From Candidatus Thermosaccharophagus tengchongensis (GTDB lineage Bacteria > Armatimonadota > Fervidibacteria > Fervidibacterales > Thermosaccharophagaceae), in assembly GCA_032161105.1 (NCBI GenBank), contig JAVHTD010000003.1: DNA of 64,000 nt; one strand, written 5' to 3'. Every line of letters begins with the position of its first letter. Positions within the stretch are counted from its first letter, which is position 1. Both the position numbers and the translations under genes were made by a program. Below are positions 31,568 through 42,000 of this stretch, one piece after another. The notes under the pieces are model-generated. The model had not been told where the DNA came from. It saw nothing but the letters and a program-made list of their open reading frames with translations, and searched no databases.

Positions 31568-32605
31568 ATGGGGACGGTTCATCGGCTTTATGTGACTTGG
31601 GTGCACGATGGCACACGATTGGATGTGTTCATCCACAACCTGCTCCCCGACATCTCACGGACGAGGGCGAAGGAACTTTCTGACAGCGGTAAGGTTACCG
31701 TCAACGGCAGGAGACGGAAAGCGAGTTACATCGTCCACGAGGGTGAGGTTGTTGAGGTTGAGTTGACTGAGGGGACAGCAGACGAGGTCAATGAGCAACT
31801 CTTGGAGCTGGCGGCGAAGATCAAAATTGAGGTGCTTTACGAGGATGAGCACTTGCTCGTTGTGAATAAGCCGAGGGGGATTGTCGTCCATCCGAGCCAC
31901 ACAACTTCCGAGCCAACGCTAATGCATGCACTGCTCGCATCAGGCTACAAGCTTTCGGATGTCGGCGGCGCTAATCGCCTCGGGATAGTCCACCGCCTTG
32001 ATAAGGACACTTCGGGATGCCTCATCGTGGCAAAGACCAACGAAGCCCACCTGTCACTCCAAAAGCAGTTTGCATGCCGTGAGGTCACAAAGCGTTACAT
32101 CGCCATAGTCGTTGGCGACCCAAATTGGGATGAAATGCACATTGCTGCGCCAGTTGGGAGGGATAGGTTGAACAGGCAGAGGATGGCAGTTGTGGAGGGG
32201 AGCGGTAAACATGCTGAAACGCACTTTGCCATCATTGAGCGTTATGGTGAATTCTCCCTCCTAAAGGCGCACATGCTCACTGGGCGAACACATCAAATCA
32301 GGGTGCACGCTTCACACTTGGGTCATCCAATAGCCGGCGACGCAAAATACAACGGCAGAAAGAGGGCGCTAAATACGGCTTCAAGGATGAACGACACCAA
32401 ATTGCTTCAGATGCTCTCGGAGCTTCGTGGGCAGGCACTGCATGCAATTGAAGTGAGCTTTCCCCATCCGATCCTTAACAGCCAAGTGAATGCGGTTGCG
32501 CCAATCCCGCACGACATGAAACAAATCATTGAGCACCTGCGCAACCTCAAATTGGCAACTGCTAAGTTAAGCCCTTTGCGAGCTTCCATCCCATTTGAGA
32601 AGTGA
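31568..32605 (+). CDS. RluA/RluD-family pseudouridine synthase with S4 domain
   Basis: RLD S4 start, VNKPRG, HRLDKDTSG and TGRTHQIRVH. Confidence 0.95.
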   Translation: MGTVHRLYVTWVHDGTRLDVFIHNLLPDISRTRAKELSDSGKVTVNGRRRKASYIVHEGEVVEVELTEGTADEVNEQLLELAAKIKIEVLYEDEHLLVVNKPRGIVVHPSHTTSEPTLMHALLASGYKLSDVGGANRLGIVHRLDKDTSGCLIVAKTNEAHLSLQKQFACREVTKRYIAIVVGDPNWDEMHIAAPVGRDRLNRQRMAVVEGSGKHAETHFAIIERYGEFSLLKAHMLTGRTHQIRVHASHLGHPIAGDAKYNGRKRALNTASRMNDTKLLQMLSELRGQALHAIEVSFPHPILNSQVNAVAPIPHDMKQIIEHLRNLKLATAKLSPLRASIPFEK

Positions 32606-32609
32606 GTAG

Positions 32610-33593
32610 CTACCTATGTATCTCACTTGCTGCCGGCAAACCGTAAAATCCCTTAGCGTGCATCACCGCGTTAAGTATCGCCTGCGCGACTGCCTCAACT
32701 GCTGCAACGCACAATGAATTCAGGTTCGCCGGGATATCCCCCACGGAGAAGGCGAATGTGACATCGCCGTCAAACATCGTATGCGCCGGTCTAACAGCGA
32801 GTGCAATGCCATCTTGGGAAGCTTGAGCGAGCTTTGTCGCCTGCCATTTCTCAAGGCGCGCATTGGTGATCACGGCTGCAAGCGTCGTGCTCTGTAATGC
32901 GCTTCCGGGAAATCCAACCCCTCCCCTAACCTTCACCACTTCAGTTGACATGATGAAGTTCCTTCTGAGGCTATCATAAGCTCCAGCCACAATCTCACCA
33001 GTGCGCCAGTTTACGACATCACCCCACGAGTTGGCGACAGCAAGCGCAAGCACACAGATATCGTTTGGCAGTTCAACACAGGCAAGTCCAAGTCCACCCT
33101 TCATTGCGTGCCCCATGCCGAGCGCCTTCCCAACAGATGCGCCAGTGCCGACACCAACATTGCCCTGCATTAACCCATTGCACAATGGAACCGCGCCCTC
33201 GCAAGCCCTGTATCCCCACTCGGAATTCGGACGCACACGAGATGAGCCGACGGTAAGGTCAAAGATGACTGCACCGCACACAATCGGCACCTTCGTGACA
33301 CCGACATCAAACCCTATTCCATTCTCCTCAAGCCAGCGCATTACCCCAAACACTGCCTCAAGCCCAAACGCACTCCCACCAGTGAACACGAGTGCATGCA
33401 CATACGGCACAACATGCAACATGCCAGCTGTATCTATGCCGAGCACTCCGGAAGCACTCCCGCGCACATCAACACCGCAAGTTGCCCCCTTGGGGAACAG
33501 AAGCACGGTCAAACCTGTGCCCCCATCAATGTCGCTAACATGCCCTATGTGCACATCCGTGAGTCTATCTCCCACTCTTTTAAGCACTGCCAT
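32610..33593 (-). CDS. P1-family (DmpA-like) peptidase
   Basis: GVDVRG, GGSAFGL, AVIFDL, GNVGVGTG and PAHTMFDGD. Confidence 0.9.
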   Translation of the reverse strand: MAVLKRVGDRLTDVHIGHVSDIDGGTGLTVLLFPKGATCGVDVRGSASGVLGIDTAGMLHVVPYVHALVFTGGSAFGLEAVFGVMRWLEENGIGFDVGVTKVPIVCGAVIFDLTVGSSRVRPNSEWGYRACEGAVPLCNGLMQGNVGVGTGASVGKALGMGHAMKGGLGLACVELPNDICVLALAVANSWGDVVNWRTGEIVAGAYDSLRRNFIMSTEVVKVRGGVGFPGSALQSTTLAAVITNARLEKWQATKLAQASQDGIALAVRPAHTMFDGDVTFAFSVGDIPANLNSLCVAAVEAVAQAILNAVMHAKGFYGLPAASEIHR

Positions 33594-33644
33594 TCACCAC
33601 CTGAGGTGAAAAGCGCCTGTCTCGCTGCGCAAATGGCGTTGCAA

Positions 33645-35309
33645 TCACCGCTCACAACTTCTCCAAAAAGCCAATGCCTCACGATATTCCTCGCTGCGCA
33701 TGACCTCGTTCATCGCCTCATCAATCTGGCGCTGGCTCCTGTCGTAATGCCCGTAATACACCTCGCGGTAGAGCCTCTCGTAAAACCTCGCAATTGGTTG
33801 GCGAGGCTCAAATCTCTCCACAACCTTTATCGTTGACGCCGCCTCATGAAGCGACATTGCCCCGGCGCCGGCTGCGGCAAGCAACGCCATCCCGTAGGAG
33901 GCATCCCTTGCCGTAGTCGTGCACACAGCCTGCCCGAATATGTCAGCGGCAAGCTGCACCCAGAACCTGCTCCTTGAGCCACCCCCAACCATCCTTATCT
34001 CCTTAAGCTCATGCTCCTTTGGGAGCAGCCCCTTGATTATCTCAATTGCGTCACGCACGGCAAAACATACCCCTTCAAGAATCGCCCTTATGAAACATGC
34101 ATCACCGTTGCTCTCCGGCTCAAGCAAGTATGCCGATACGCCATACCAGCACCCCTTACCCTCAGGAGCTTTGACGAGCCTGTCACCCGTCAGGTATGGC
34201 GAAAACATGACGCCGTTTGATCCCGGCGGGACTTGCGCTGCTCTCCTCGTGAGTAACTCATATGGGTCAACTCCGAGTTTGTGCGCAGCCGTGCGGTATG
34301 TGTCGGCAAGCACATCACGATACATCCTCAACCCAATTCCGGCACCGTTTACACAACCCATGTTCACAAGCACATTCGGGACGGTTGAGTAATGCACCTG
34401 AGTGCGCAACTGTGGGTCAACGAGCGGCTTTGTCCCAATTGGCGCAACCGCAACGCCGCTTGTCCCGAGCGTGAAGAGCATCTGACCAACTTCAAGCACA
34501 CCACCTGCAAGCGCACCAGCAAGGCAATCCCCAGCACCAGCAATCACGAGTGTGCCCTCGTCCAAACCTGTCTCATCACTCGCTTGCCTCGTCACTTTTC
34601 CGATGACCGAACCCGGCTCAAGCAGCTGCGGCGGGGTGAGCTTGTCAATTCCGAGAACATTGAAAGCCTCAAGTGCCCAACGCTTTGAAGGTATGTCCAT
34701 GAGCGATGTCTCCGAACCACCGCAATAGTCCATGGCAACCTCGCCGCATAGAGATAGGGCGATGTAATCCCTCGGCGTGAGGAACCTTTTCGCGCGCTCC
34801 CAAACAGGACCCCAACGCTGCGCCTCATATTCTGAGCTACCGGCCTTCCAATCCTCCCAACGCCTCTTGACATAGAGCAAATGCGCTCCAGTCCAGTTTG
34901 CGAGGAAATCGTTGCAGATGACATCAATCAGGAAGCGTTCCCCAAGCTTATCCTTCAGCAACTGAGCGCCTTCAACAGCTTCCCTTGCAGCCCTCCCATC
35001 GTTCCACAAGAGCGCAACGCCAACAGCCTCATTTGCCTCGTCAAGCAAAATCATCGTGTGCATCTGACCAGTGAAGCACACAGCCTTGACTTTGTATTCG
35101 GGCTGCATTGATTTGAGCTCGCCAACTATCTTGCGTATCGTCTCAAAGGCAGCCTGCCGCATTTCATGCGGCGATTGCTCAGTCCATCCCGGCTGCGGTA
35201 TGTAGAGCGGATATTCCGTGCTCGCTTCCGCGAGCAACTTGCCAGAGGCATCAATAGCAGTCCCTTTCACGCTCTGCGTCCCAACATCCACCCCTAAGAA
35301 CGCATCCAC
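33645..35309 (-). CDS. FGGY-family carbohydrate kinase (xylulokinase-like)
   Basis: GVDVGTQSVK, TGQMH, WNDGR, GAGD, LGTSG, RAILEG and GGGSRS. Confidence 0.9.
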   Translation of the reverse strand: MDAFLGVDVGTQSVKGTAIDASGKLLAEASTEYPLYIPQPGWTEQSPHEMRQAAFETIRKIVGELKSMQPEYKVKAVCFTGQMHTMILLDEANEAVGVALLWNDGRAAREAVEGAQLLKDKLGERFLIDVICNDFLANWTGAHLLYVKRRWEDWKAGSSEYEAQRWGPVWERAKRFLTPRDYIALSLCGEVAMDYCGGSETSLMDIPSKRWALEAFNVLGIDKLTPPQLLEPGSVIGKVTRQASDETGLDEGTLVIAGAGDCLAGALAGGVLEVGQMLFTLGTSGVAVAPIGTKPLVDPQLRTQVHYSTVPNVLVNMGCVNGAGIGLRMYRDVLADTYRTAAHKLGVDPYELLTRRAAQVPPGSNGVMFSPYLTGDRLVKAPEGKGCWYGVSAYLLEPESNGDACFIRAILEGVCFAVRDAIEIIKGLLPKEHELKEIRMVGGGSRSRFWVQLAADIFGQAVCTTTARDASYGMALLAAAGAGAMSLHEAASTIKVVERFEPRQPIARFYERLYREVYYGHYDRSQRQIDEAMNEVMRSEEYREALAFWRSCER

Positions 35310-35346
35310 AATTCATCACCTGCCCTCGTTGAGCATTTGTTCACCG

Positions 35347-37278
35347 CTAACTGCCCTGCCCCTGTGCCATTTGCCTCAGCAGCCTCTCAACGAGCTTGCG
35401 CTTCTCCTGCCTTATGCCCTCACTCCCCCTTTCATAATCGTAGACCCAATAGCCCTCTCGTGTTGGGTGTCTCTCAAAGCATGCATGCAAGCTCAAGTTG
35501 GATGCGATAAGGCGTTTGCTCACCCTGCGGAGCAAATTAATCTCAGCCCAAAGGCGAATGAAGTGTATGCCGTCATCATAGAACGGCATTATGAGCGACT
35601 GCATCAGCTCAAGTATGCTCGCCTTCATGACCACCTCCTGATGGGAGTAGCTGAGCAATTGGCGCAGCCTACCAGCAGGCATGTGAAGATGGCTATCATA
35701 CTTCCCATCCCACGAGAGCATCATCTTGCCATGTTGGTTCTTCACCTCAACCTTAACAACAGCGCCGGCACTGATCCCCCTGCGCTCATACCACTCCTTG
35801 AAGCCGAACATCAAACCGCTTTCAAGATTGACCCACACAGGAAATTCATCCCCGCTCTCATCAATGGCAGTGTAATGCTGCAGCATTTCGCTGCCACGAA
35901 ACAGCCCCATGTCAATTTGACGGAGCTTCATCGTCCCAGCAATGATGTGATGATATGGCACCGGTATGATTGTTGAGCGCTTACTCTTGGGCACGCTCTG
36001 CACGCTCACCGGCTCGCCAACATCCTCATACTTTGGCGCATTGACCCATTTGAGCAAATCCGGTTCAAGCGCTTCATCCGGAAGCTCAATCTCAACGGCT
36101 TGTGGCTCCTGCGCAAGCAAGCCCTTCGGTGGCACCGGAATCAAACTTTCCGGGATGACTTTCACCCACTCCGGTATCTTCTCTTTCAGCCACCACTTGT
36201 GGTTGCCCAACCTGATAAAACGGGCATCACTGCTCAACCTCCTGTGCACTTCATATAGCGTCGGATAATAAGCTTCATGTGTTGGGTCAATCTCAAGCGC
36301 CTCAGAGAGCAAAATATCAATTCTGGCTGGTTCACTCCTTTCCCTCAGCCACGCTACTAACTCATCCCAATCTTCCGATGTGATTGGTAACGGACGCACC
36401 TTTGAGCGCTTAACAATTGCCTGAGCACGATTCATTGCCTTGTTCAGGTCGGACAGCACTTCACGCGTGAATTCGCTTGCCCTCTTTGACTCCTCAAGGA
36501 CCATTTGGCGCAGCCGCTCAATCAGACCGTCAGTGAACCAATACCCCGGAGAGATGACACGCAGCTTGGCTGAGCTGAAAAGCTCCCTCAAGATGCTCTC
36601 GCCATCCAGTTTATGGTTACGACCGCGCCAGCAGATAAGCACCATCTCGTGGTGCGACAACGGTTGCCCCAACCCGTCAATCATCCTTTGGCACACTTCG
36701 TCCAATGGCAAATTCCAATCAAGTGACAATTCATCAACTCGCCAGAGCAGCTGTTTGATCCTTTCCTCCTCGCCGAAGAAGTTATCAGCGATAACATCAT
36801 CCTCACCACCGCCACTCAAATCTGGCAGCCAATAGCGCAACCCAAATTTGCCCTCACCAACCTCCCAAAATGAGTGCGTGCGCGTCGTCAAAAGCCCTCT
36901 AACAATCTCGCTCACCTGTTCAACGCTTCCCTTGCCGGCTTGTGAGAGCCATATGCTCAACTCGTCAAGCGACACAGGATAGCCCAAACATTTCAAAGCC
37001 TCGCTTATCATCCCCTCAAGTGAGCTATGTGGTGCATCAAACCGCCACCGCAATTCCCAGCGATGCTTTGCGAAGATGAAGAACTCGCTCAAGCGCAACT
37101 GCTGTCTTAAGTATTCGGTTGATATGTCAACCTCACTTGAGATGGCGTTCCTAACCTCGGCTGAGTGTAATGGCTTGCCGGCTTTGAGCAGGGCAAGCTG
37201 CGCCATATGCGCAACATAGTAGGGCACATAGGAGTTTAATGCCTCTGTCGGGCTAACTTCCATAACGCCCTCACTCAC
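35347..37278 (-). CDS. Uncharacterised protein with about five winged-helix (HARE-HTH/RNAP-delta-like) modules and a B3-like beta domain
   Basis: 643-aa ORF with RBS GGAGGTG. Repeated GxPL...F-x(4-6)-[W/F]-x-L segments, e.g. DARFIRLGNHKWWLKE. The domain calls are inferred by eye. Confidence 0.7.
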   Translation of the reverse strand: MSEGVMEVSPTEALNSYVPYYVAHMAQLALLKAGKPLHSAEVRNAISSEVDISTEYLRQQLRLSEFFIFAKHRWELRWRFDAPHSSLEGMISEALKCLGYPVSLDELSIWLSQAGKGSVEQVSEIVRGLLTTRTHSFWEVGEGKFGLRYWLPDLSGGGEDDVIADNFFGEEERIKQLLWRVDELSLDWNLPLDEVCQRMIDGLGQPLSHHEMVLICWRGRNHKLDGESILRELFSSAKLRVISPGYWFTDGLIERLRQMVLEESKRASEFTREVLSDLNKAMNRAQAIVKRSKVRPLPITSEDWDELVAWLRERSEPARIDILLSEALEIDPTHEAYYPTLYEVHRRLSSDARFIRLGNHKWWLKEKIPEWVKVIPESLIPVPPKGLLAQEPQAVEIELPDEALEPDLLKWVNAPKYEDVGEPVSVQSVPKSKRSTIIPVPYHHIIAGTMKLRQIDMGLFRGSEMLQHYTAIDESGDEFPVWVNLESGLMFGFKEWYERRGISAGAVVKVEVKNQHGKMMLSWDGKYDSHLHMPAGRLRQLLSYSHQEVVMKASILELMQSLIMPFYDDGIHFIRLWAEINLLRRVSKRLIASNLSLHACFERHPTREGYWVYDYERGSEGIRQEKRKLVERLLRQMAQGQGS

Positions 37279-37315
37279 AGCGCTGCACCTCCAAACTTAA
37301 CATTGCTCTTCACCG

Positions 37316-38740
37316 CTAAGGCAGCTTCGCAAACAGGTCGTATTCACTTGCGCCGTCAACTAAAGCTCTGACGAAGCTGCCCGGATTCAACCCGCTGCCC
37401 TTCACATAAACGAGACCGTCAATTTCAGGTGCATCACGATAGCTTCGCCCCACCCACATCCCCTTCCGTTTATCCCGCGATTCAATCAACACCTCAATCT
37501 CGCCCCCGATGAATTGTGCGTTTCGCTCAAGCGATATTTGCCTTTGCAGTTCCATCAGCCGCTCGTATCGCTCAAGCTTGACTTCATACGGAACTTGCCC
37601 ATCAAGCTTGGCTGCATCAGTTTCTGGCTCCGGCGAGAATATGAAAGCGCCAACCCTGTCAAGCTTCGCCTCCTTGAGGAACTCAAGGAGCATCTCAAAA
37701 TGCGCCTCACTCTCACCCGGAAAGCCAACCATGAAAGTGCTCCTTATTGCGATATCCGGCATAGCAGCCCTCAGCCGCTCCACCAGCTTCAAGTAACTTT
37801 CAAAGTCCCCCATGCGCCTCATCGCACGCAGTATCTCGGGATGGACATGTTGAAAGGGGATGTCAATGTAGTGAACGACCTTCTCAATGGTTGCCATGGC
37901 TTCAATGAGCTCATCGGTAACGGTTGTCGGGAAGCCGTAAAGTATGCGCACCCAATGTATGCCATCAATTACAGCGAGACGGCGCAGCAGCTTTGGCAAC
38001 ATGAGCTCACCATATAGGTCAAATCCGTATCTTGTCGTTTCCTGCGCGACCAGAATCAGCTCCTTCACGCCTATGGAAGCGAGCCATCTTGCCTCCGCAT
38101 CAACTTCCTCCAGAGGACGACTGTGTTGGCTGCCGCGTATCATTGGGATAACACAAAAGCTGCACGAACGGTCGCAGCCCTCGGCAAGCTTCAAGTATGC
38201 ATACCAATTTGGCGTGCTGAGCAATCTCTCCCTGAATGGCTTGCTATAAGCTTCGGCATCGCTGCGCAATTTTGCATCCACAATCGGCGCTTCAGACAGC
38301 GAGCGAATCAGCTTGGGTATCTCAAAGAGCTTGTCCACAGGTAAGCACGCATCAACTTGAGGGACCGAGCGCTTGATGACTTCCAAATTGCGTGAGCAAA
38401 GGCAACCTGCAGCTATCAACAAACGCGCCTTGCCAACTTTTTTGTATCGCGCAAGCCTTTGAAGCACATCCACCGATTCATCAACTGCTGCTTTGATGAA
38501 GCCACATGTGTTTACGATAATGACATCGGCATCCTTAGCCCTTGTCGTGAGTTCGCATCCATGCCGAAGGAGCTCGGCAACGAGGCATTCAGAATCAACC
38601 GTGTTCTTTGGGCAACCGAGGGACACCACCATGCACTTTGACGGGCGCCCAGATGGAGCAGCTGCCATAGCATGCGACACACGCTGCAGAGCAACGCGCC
38701 TTTGTCCTTTCTCAACCATGCAAACCTTCTCTCCCCTCAC
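37316..38740 (-). CDS. rimO: Ribosomal protein S12 methylthiotransferase RimO
   Basis: SLGCPKNTVDSE, NTCGFI, EGCDRSCSFC, and C-terminal GRSYRDAPEIDG TRAM domain. Confidence 0.95.
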   Translation of the reverse strand: MRGEKVCMVEKGQRRVALQRVSHAMAAAPSGRPSKCMVVSLGCPKNTVDSECLVAELLRHGCELTTRAKDADVIIVNTCGFIKAAVDESVDVLQRLARYKKVGKARLLIAAGCLCSRNLEVIKRSVPQVDACLPVDKLFEIPKLIRSLSEAPIVDAKLRSDAEAYSKPFRERLLSTPNWYAYLKLAEGCDRSCSFCVIPMIRGSQHSRPLEEVDAEARWLASIGVKELILVAQETTRYGFDLYGELMLPKLLRRLAVIDGIHWVRILYGFPTTVTDELIEAMATIEKVVHYIDIPFQHVHPEILRAMRRMGDFESYLKLVERLRAAMPDIAIRSTFMVGFPGESEAHFEMLLEFLKEAKLDRVGAFIFSPEPETDAAKLDGQVPYEVKLERYERLMELQRQISLERNAQFIGGEIEVLIESRDKRKGMWVGRSYRDAPEIDGLVYVKGSGLNPGSFVRALVDGASEYDLFAKLP

Positions 38741-39035
38741 AAGCTTTGCAAAGATGTGTGCAAAAGCAGCGCTATGGCATTCACCTCAACCGCATTCTAT
38801 AAGCGTTTACTTGCAATGGCGCAAAATCGCTCCCCGCACATCCCTTCAAAAGCGAGTAACGAGGAGGCAAATCACAGCCACCCGAAAATCTTGAACTCCA
38901 CAACGGCACGGCTCTGAAAAATGGCTATGAGAATGCCTTTTCCGAAGGCTGCCTCGCATCTACAGTATAACCCGCAAACTTGTCGGGCAAAACGCGCATG
39001 GGGCTTAGTCGGGGGCATAAGTTGATGTGACAAAC

Positions 39036-42000
39036 TCAATCCCCTTTGCGGTTCCTGTTGACCTCCACTTCAATCTTGAACTCGCCCAAGTTGACCGCCT
39101 GCTGGTCAACAACACTTGCTGCACTCTCGTTGCTCTGCTCGCCAGTTGGCTTGCCTTTGCCCTCTTCTCCACCTCCCACGCGATCACGATTTTCCTCACG
39201 CATGAACTTCCTGAGCATCTGCGGGTATGTTAGGGAACGCTTTTCCCTCTCTGTAATGTCCTGCAACTCCTCACCGGTCCGAATGATGCGCGGCGTTATG
39301 AAGACCATAAGTTCGGTGCGCTCCTTAACATCTTTCGTGCGGCTGAACAAGGAACCTATTATCGGCAAATCTTTCAGCACCGGCACGCCTTGGACAAACT
39401 TGCGCAAGTCGTGCTTCAGTATCCCACCGATGACCACAGTTTGACCATCTCGGACTTGCACCGAGGCAACTGCCTCACGCTTCGTTATGACCGGCAACTC
39501 CTGCCCCTGCAGGATAACCTTCTCGGCTATGTCGTTTATTGTCTGCCGTATGTCCATGAGCACATAACCGCTGTTGTTAATGTGCGGCGTGACCTCAAGC
39601 GTCAATGTGATGTCCTCAAATCCAATGGTGTATTGCGGACCTGTAGCTGTGATGATGACATTCCTCGGAACTGGGTATGACTTGCCTATCGTTATAGTCG
39701 CCGGCGTGTTATCAAGCGTGAGTATATGCGGCGTTGCGAGCACTCTAACTTTGTTCTCCAAAGCGAGCGTCTGGAGGAGGGCTTGGAAGTTCTTGCTGAC
39801 GACCTCCCAAGACAAGCCGGCGCCAATCTGCTGGACGCCGAATTCCGTCCCAAGCTTTGAATCCATCGTCTCACCAAACAGCCTCTTCTGCAGGACTGCC
39901 CATTCAACGCCGAGTTCAAGCTCCTTTGTGAGCGTCACATCAACAATCATGACCTCAATGAAGACTTGCGGAAGAACCGTATCAAGCTGCTCTATGAGCT
40001 GTTCAACGACATCAAATGCGTAAGGAGGCGCAGTTACGATGAGCGAATTGGTCTTTGCATCAGCAGTGACGGATATGTCTTGGAGGTTGCGCAAAGGACC
40101 TTGAAACTGCCTCTGCATAGCGGCGAATACGAAGAAGAAAAAGCCGGTCGGACGGCGCTGCTGGGCGAGTATTGAGTTTATCGTGCTTGCAAGCTCGGTT
40201 GCGTTCACATTTTGTATCTTGTAGATGCGCACCAGATTTGTCAGCGCAGCCGGTTGATCAAGCTCCCTTATCAAGCGCTCAAATTCGCGCATGTTATCCT
40301 CAGTCGCCGTCACGATGACGGAATTTGTGCGCACATCCGCCTCCACAACATTTCGCCGCAAGCCAACCAAACGCGCTGCACCTGTAGGTTGCTGCCTCCC
40401 AGCCCACCACCAGAAGAAGCCGCCAAAACCCCTTTGCCCTCCGGGTGTTTGCTCAAACAGTTGGTTAAGTATATCGGCTACTTGAGCTGCATCCGCATAC
40501 TGAAGCCTGAACACCCTCGCCATAACTGGTGGCGCGAAGTCCTTATCAAGCTCGCTCACAAGCTGCTTTATGCGCTCAATGTTTTCCTTAGTTGCAGCAA
40601 TGATGAGCGCGTTGGCACGCTCATCAGCAGCTATTGCTATTTGCCTCTCAAGTTCGCCCCTTGAGCGAGTCGCCATGCGCGTCCTGAACCTCTCAAATTG
40701 ACTGCGGAAATCCTGCGGCATCCTTCCAACCGCAAACCCCTCCTGAAGGAGGGTGCGCAATGTATCTGCGAGTGTGACGGCATCCGCATACTTGAGCGGT
40801 ATCACTTCAATCTCAATTGGCGGCATGATGTCCACATCAAGCTTTTCAACTATGGCTTTGATAAATTGCATCTTCTCAGCGGTGGCTGCGACAATGAGCG
40901 AGTTCGTTCTCGGGTCAGCCGAAATGAGCGCGTATGCGCTCAGCACACCCCTTGTTGTCTCCGCCGTCCTCGGCAACCGCACCGAAGGTGCAGGGCCACC
41001 TTCCATTCTCGCTCCGGGCATGGCTTCAAATATCTCGGACAGTATCCTATCAATCTCAACTGCGTCAGCGTGATTTAGAGGAATAACCTCAAATGTGAGC
41101 AACTCGGCTGTCTCAACATCAAGCTGCTCAACAAGCTCCCTGACCATCTTTAAGCGCTCTTTGCTTGCCCACACGATTAGCGAGTTTGTTCTTGGCTCTG
41201 GGACAATCTGCACCTGTAGCTCCACAGCTCTCGGCTGAGGCTGCGGCTGTGCTGGTGGTCTTGCACCTTCGGGCTGCTGCGGTTGAGCCTGCGGTGTTCC
41301 GGGACGAGGCGGCGTTGGCTCAACTATGCCAAACAGCCTCGTCAAAATTTGGGCGAGCTGTTCTGCATCGGCGTGCCTCAGTTTGATAATCGCAAGTTCC
41401 ATCGCCTCGGCAACGCTGACATCCACCATCCGAACGATGTTCATAAGCCTCTCCACATTGCGCTGCGTATCGGTGATGATGAGCAAGTTGCCAGCTGTTG
41501 TGCTTGTTATGAGTGCATTCTGCGCCGAGATAAGCGGCGCCAGCTCCTGCTGCAATTGCTTTGCATTTGCATAGCGCAACGGTATGACTTGCGTTACGAG
41601 TTGATCGGGAGACACAACTGGGCGCTCACCCTTTTGCGGCGGGCTCATTTCCTGCTGCGGTTTTGTTTCGGTGCGCAGTTCCGTAGCTTGCGTCCTTGCC
41701 TCACTCAGCGGGACTATCCTGATGATGAAATCGCGAGGCGTTCCGAGCATGGCAAACCCGCGCACATGCAGCACTGCAGATAGCACCTCAAATGCTTGCT
41801 CAACTGTCAACGGTGACGGAGCAATGATCGTCACTGTGCCTTCAAGCTGCGGATGAAGGACGAACACCTTCCCGGTCACCTTGCTAAAGAACTGAATGAC
41901 ATGCTCAATGTCCGTGCGCACAAATGAGAATTCAAGCTTCAACTCCCTGTCATAAACGACCCTACCTGTCTCTGAAAATCCAAATTGCCTTCCAAATTGA

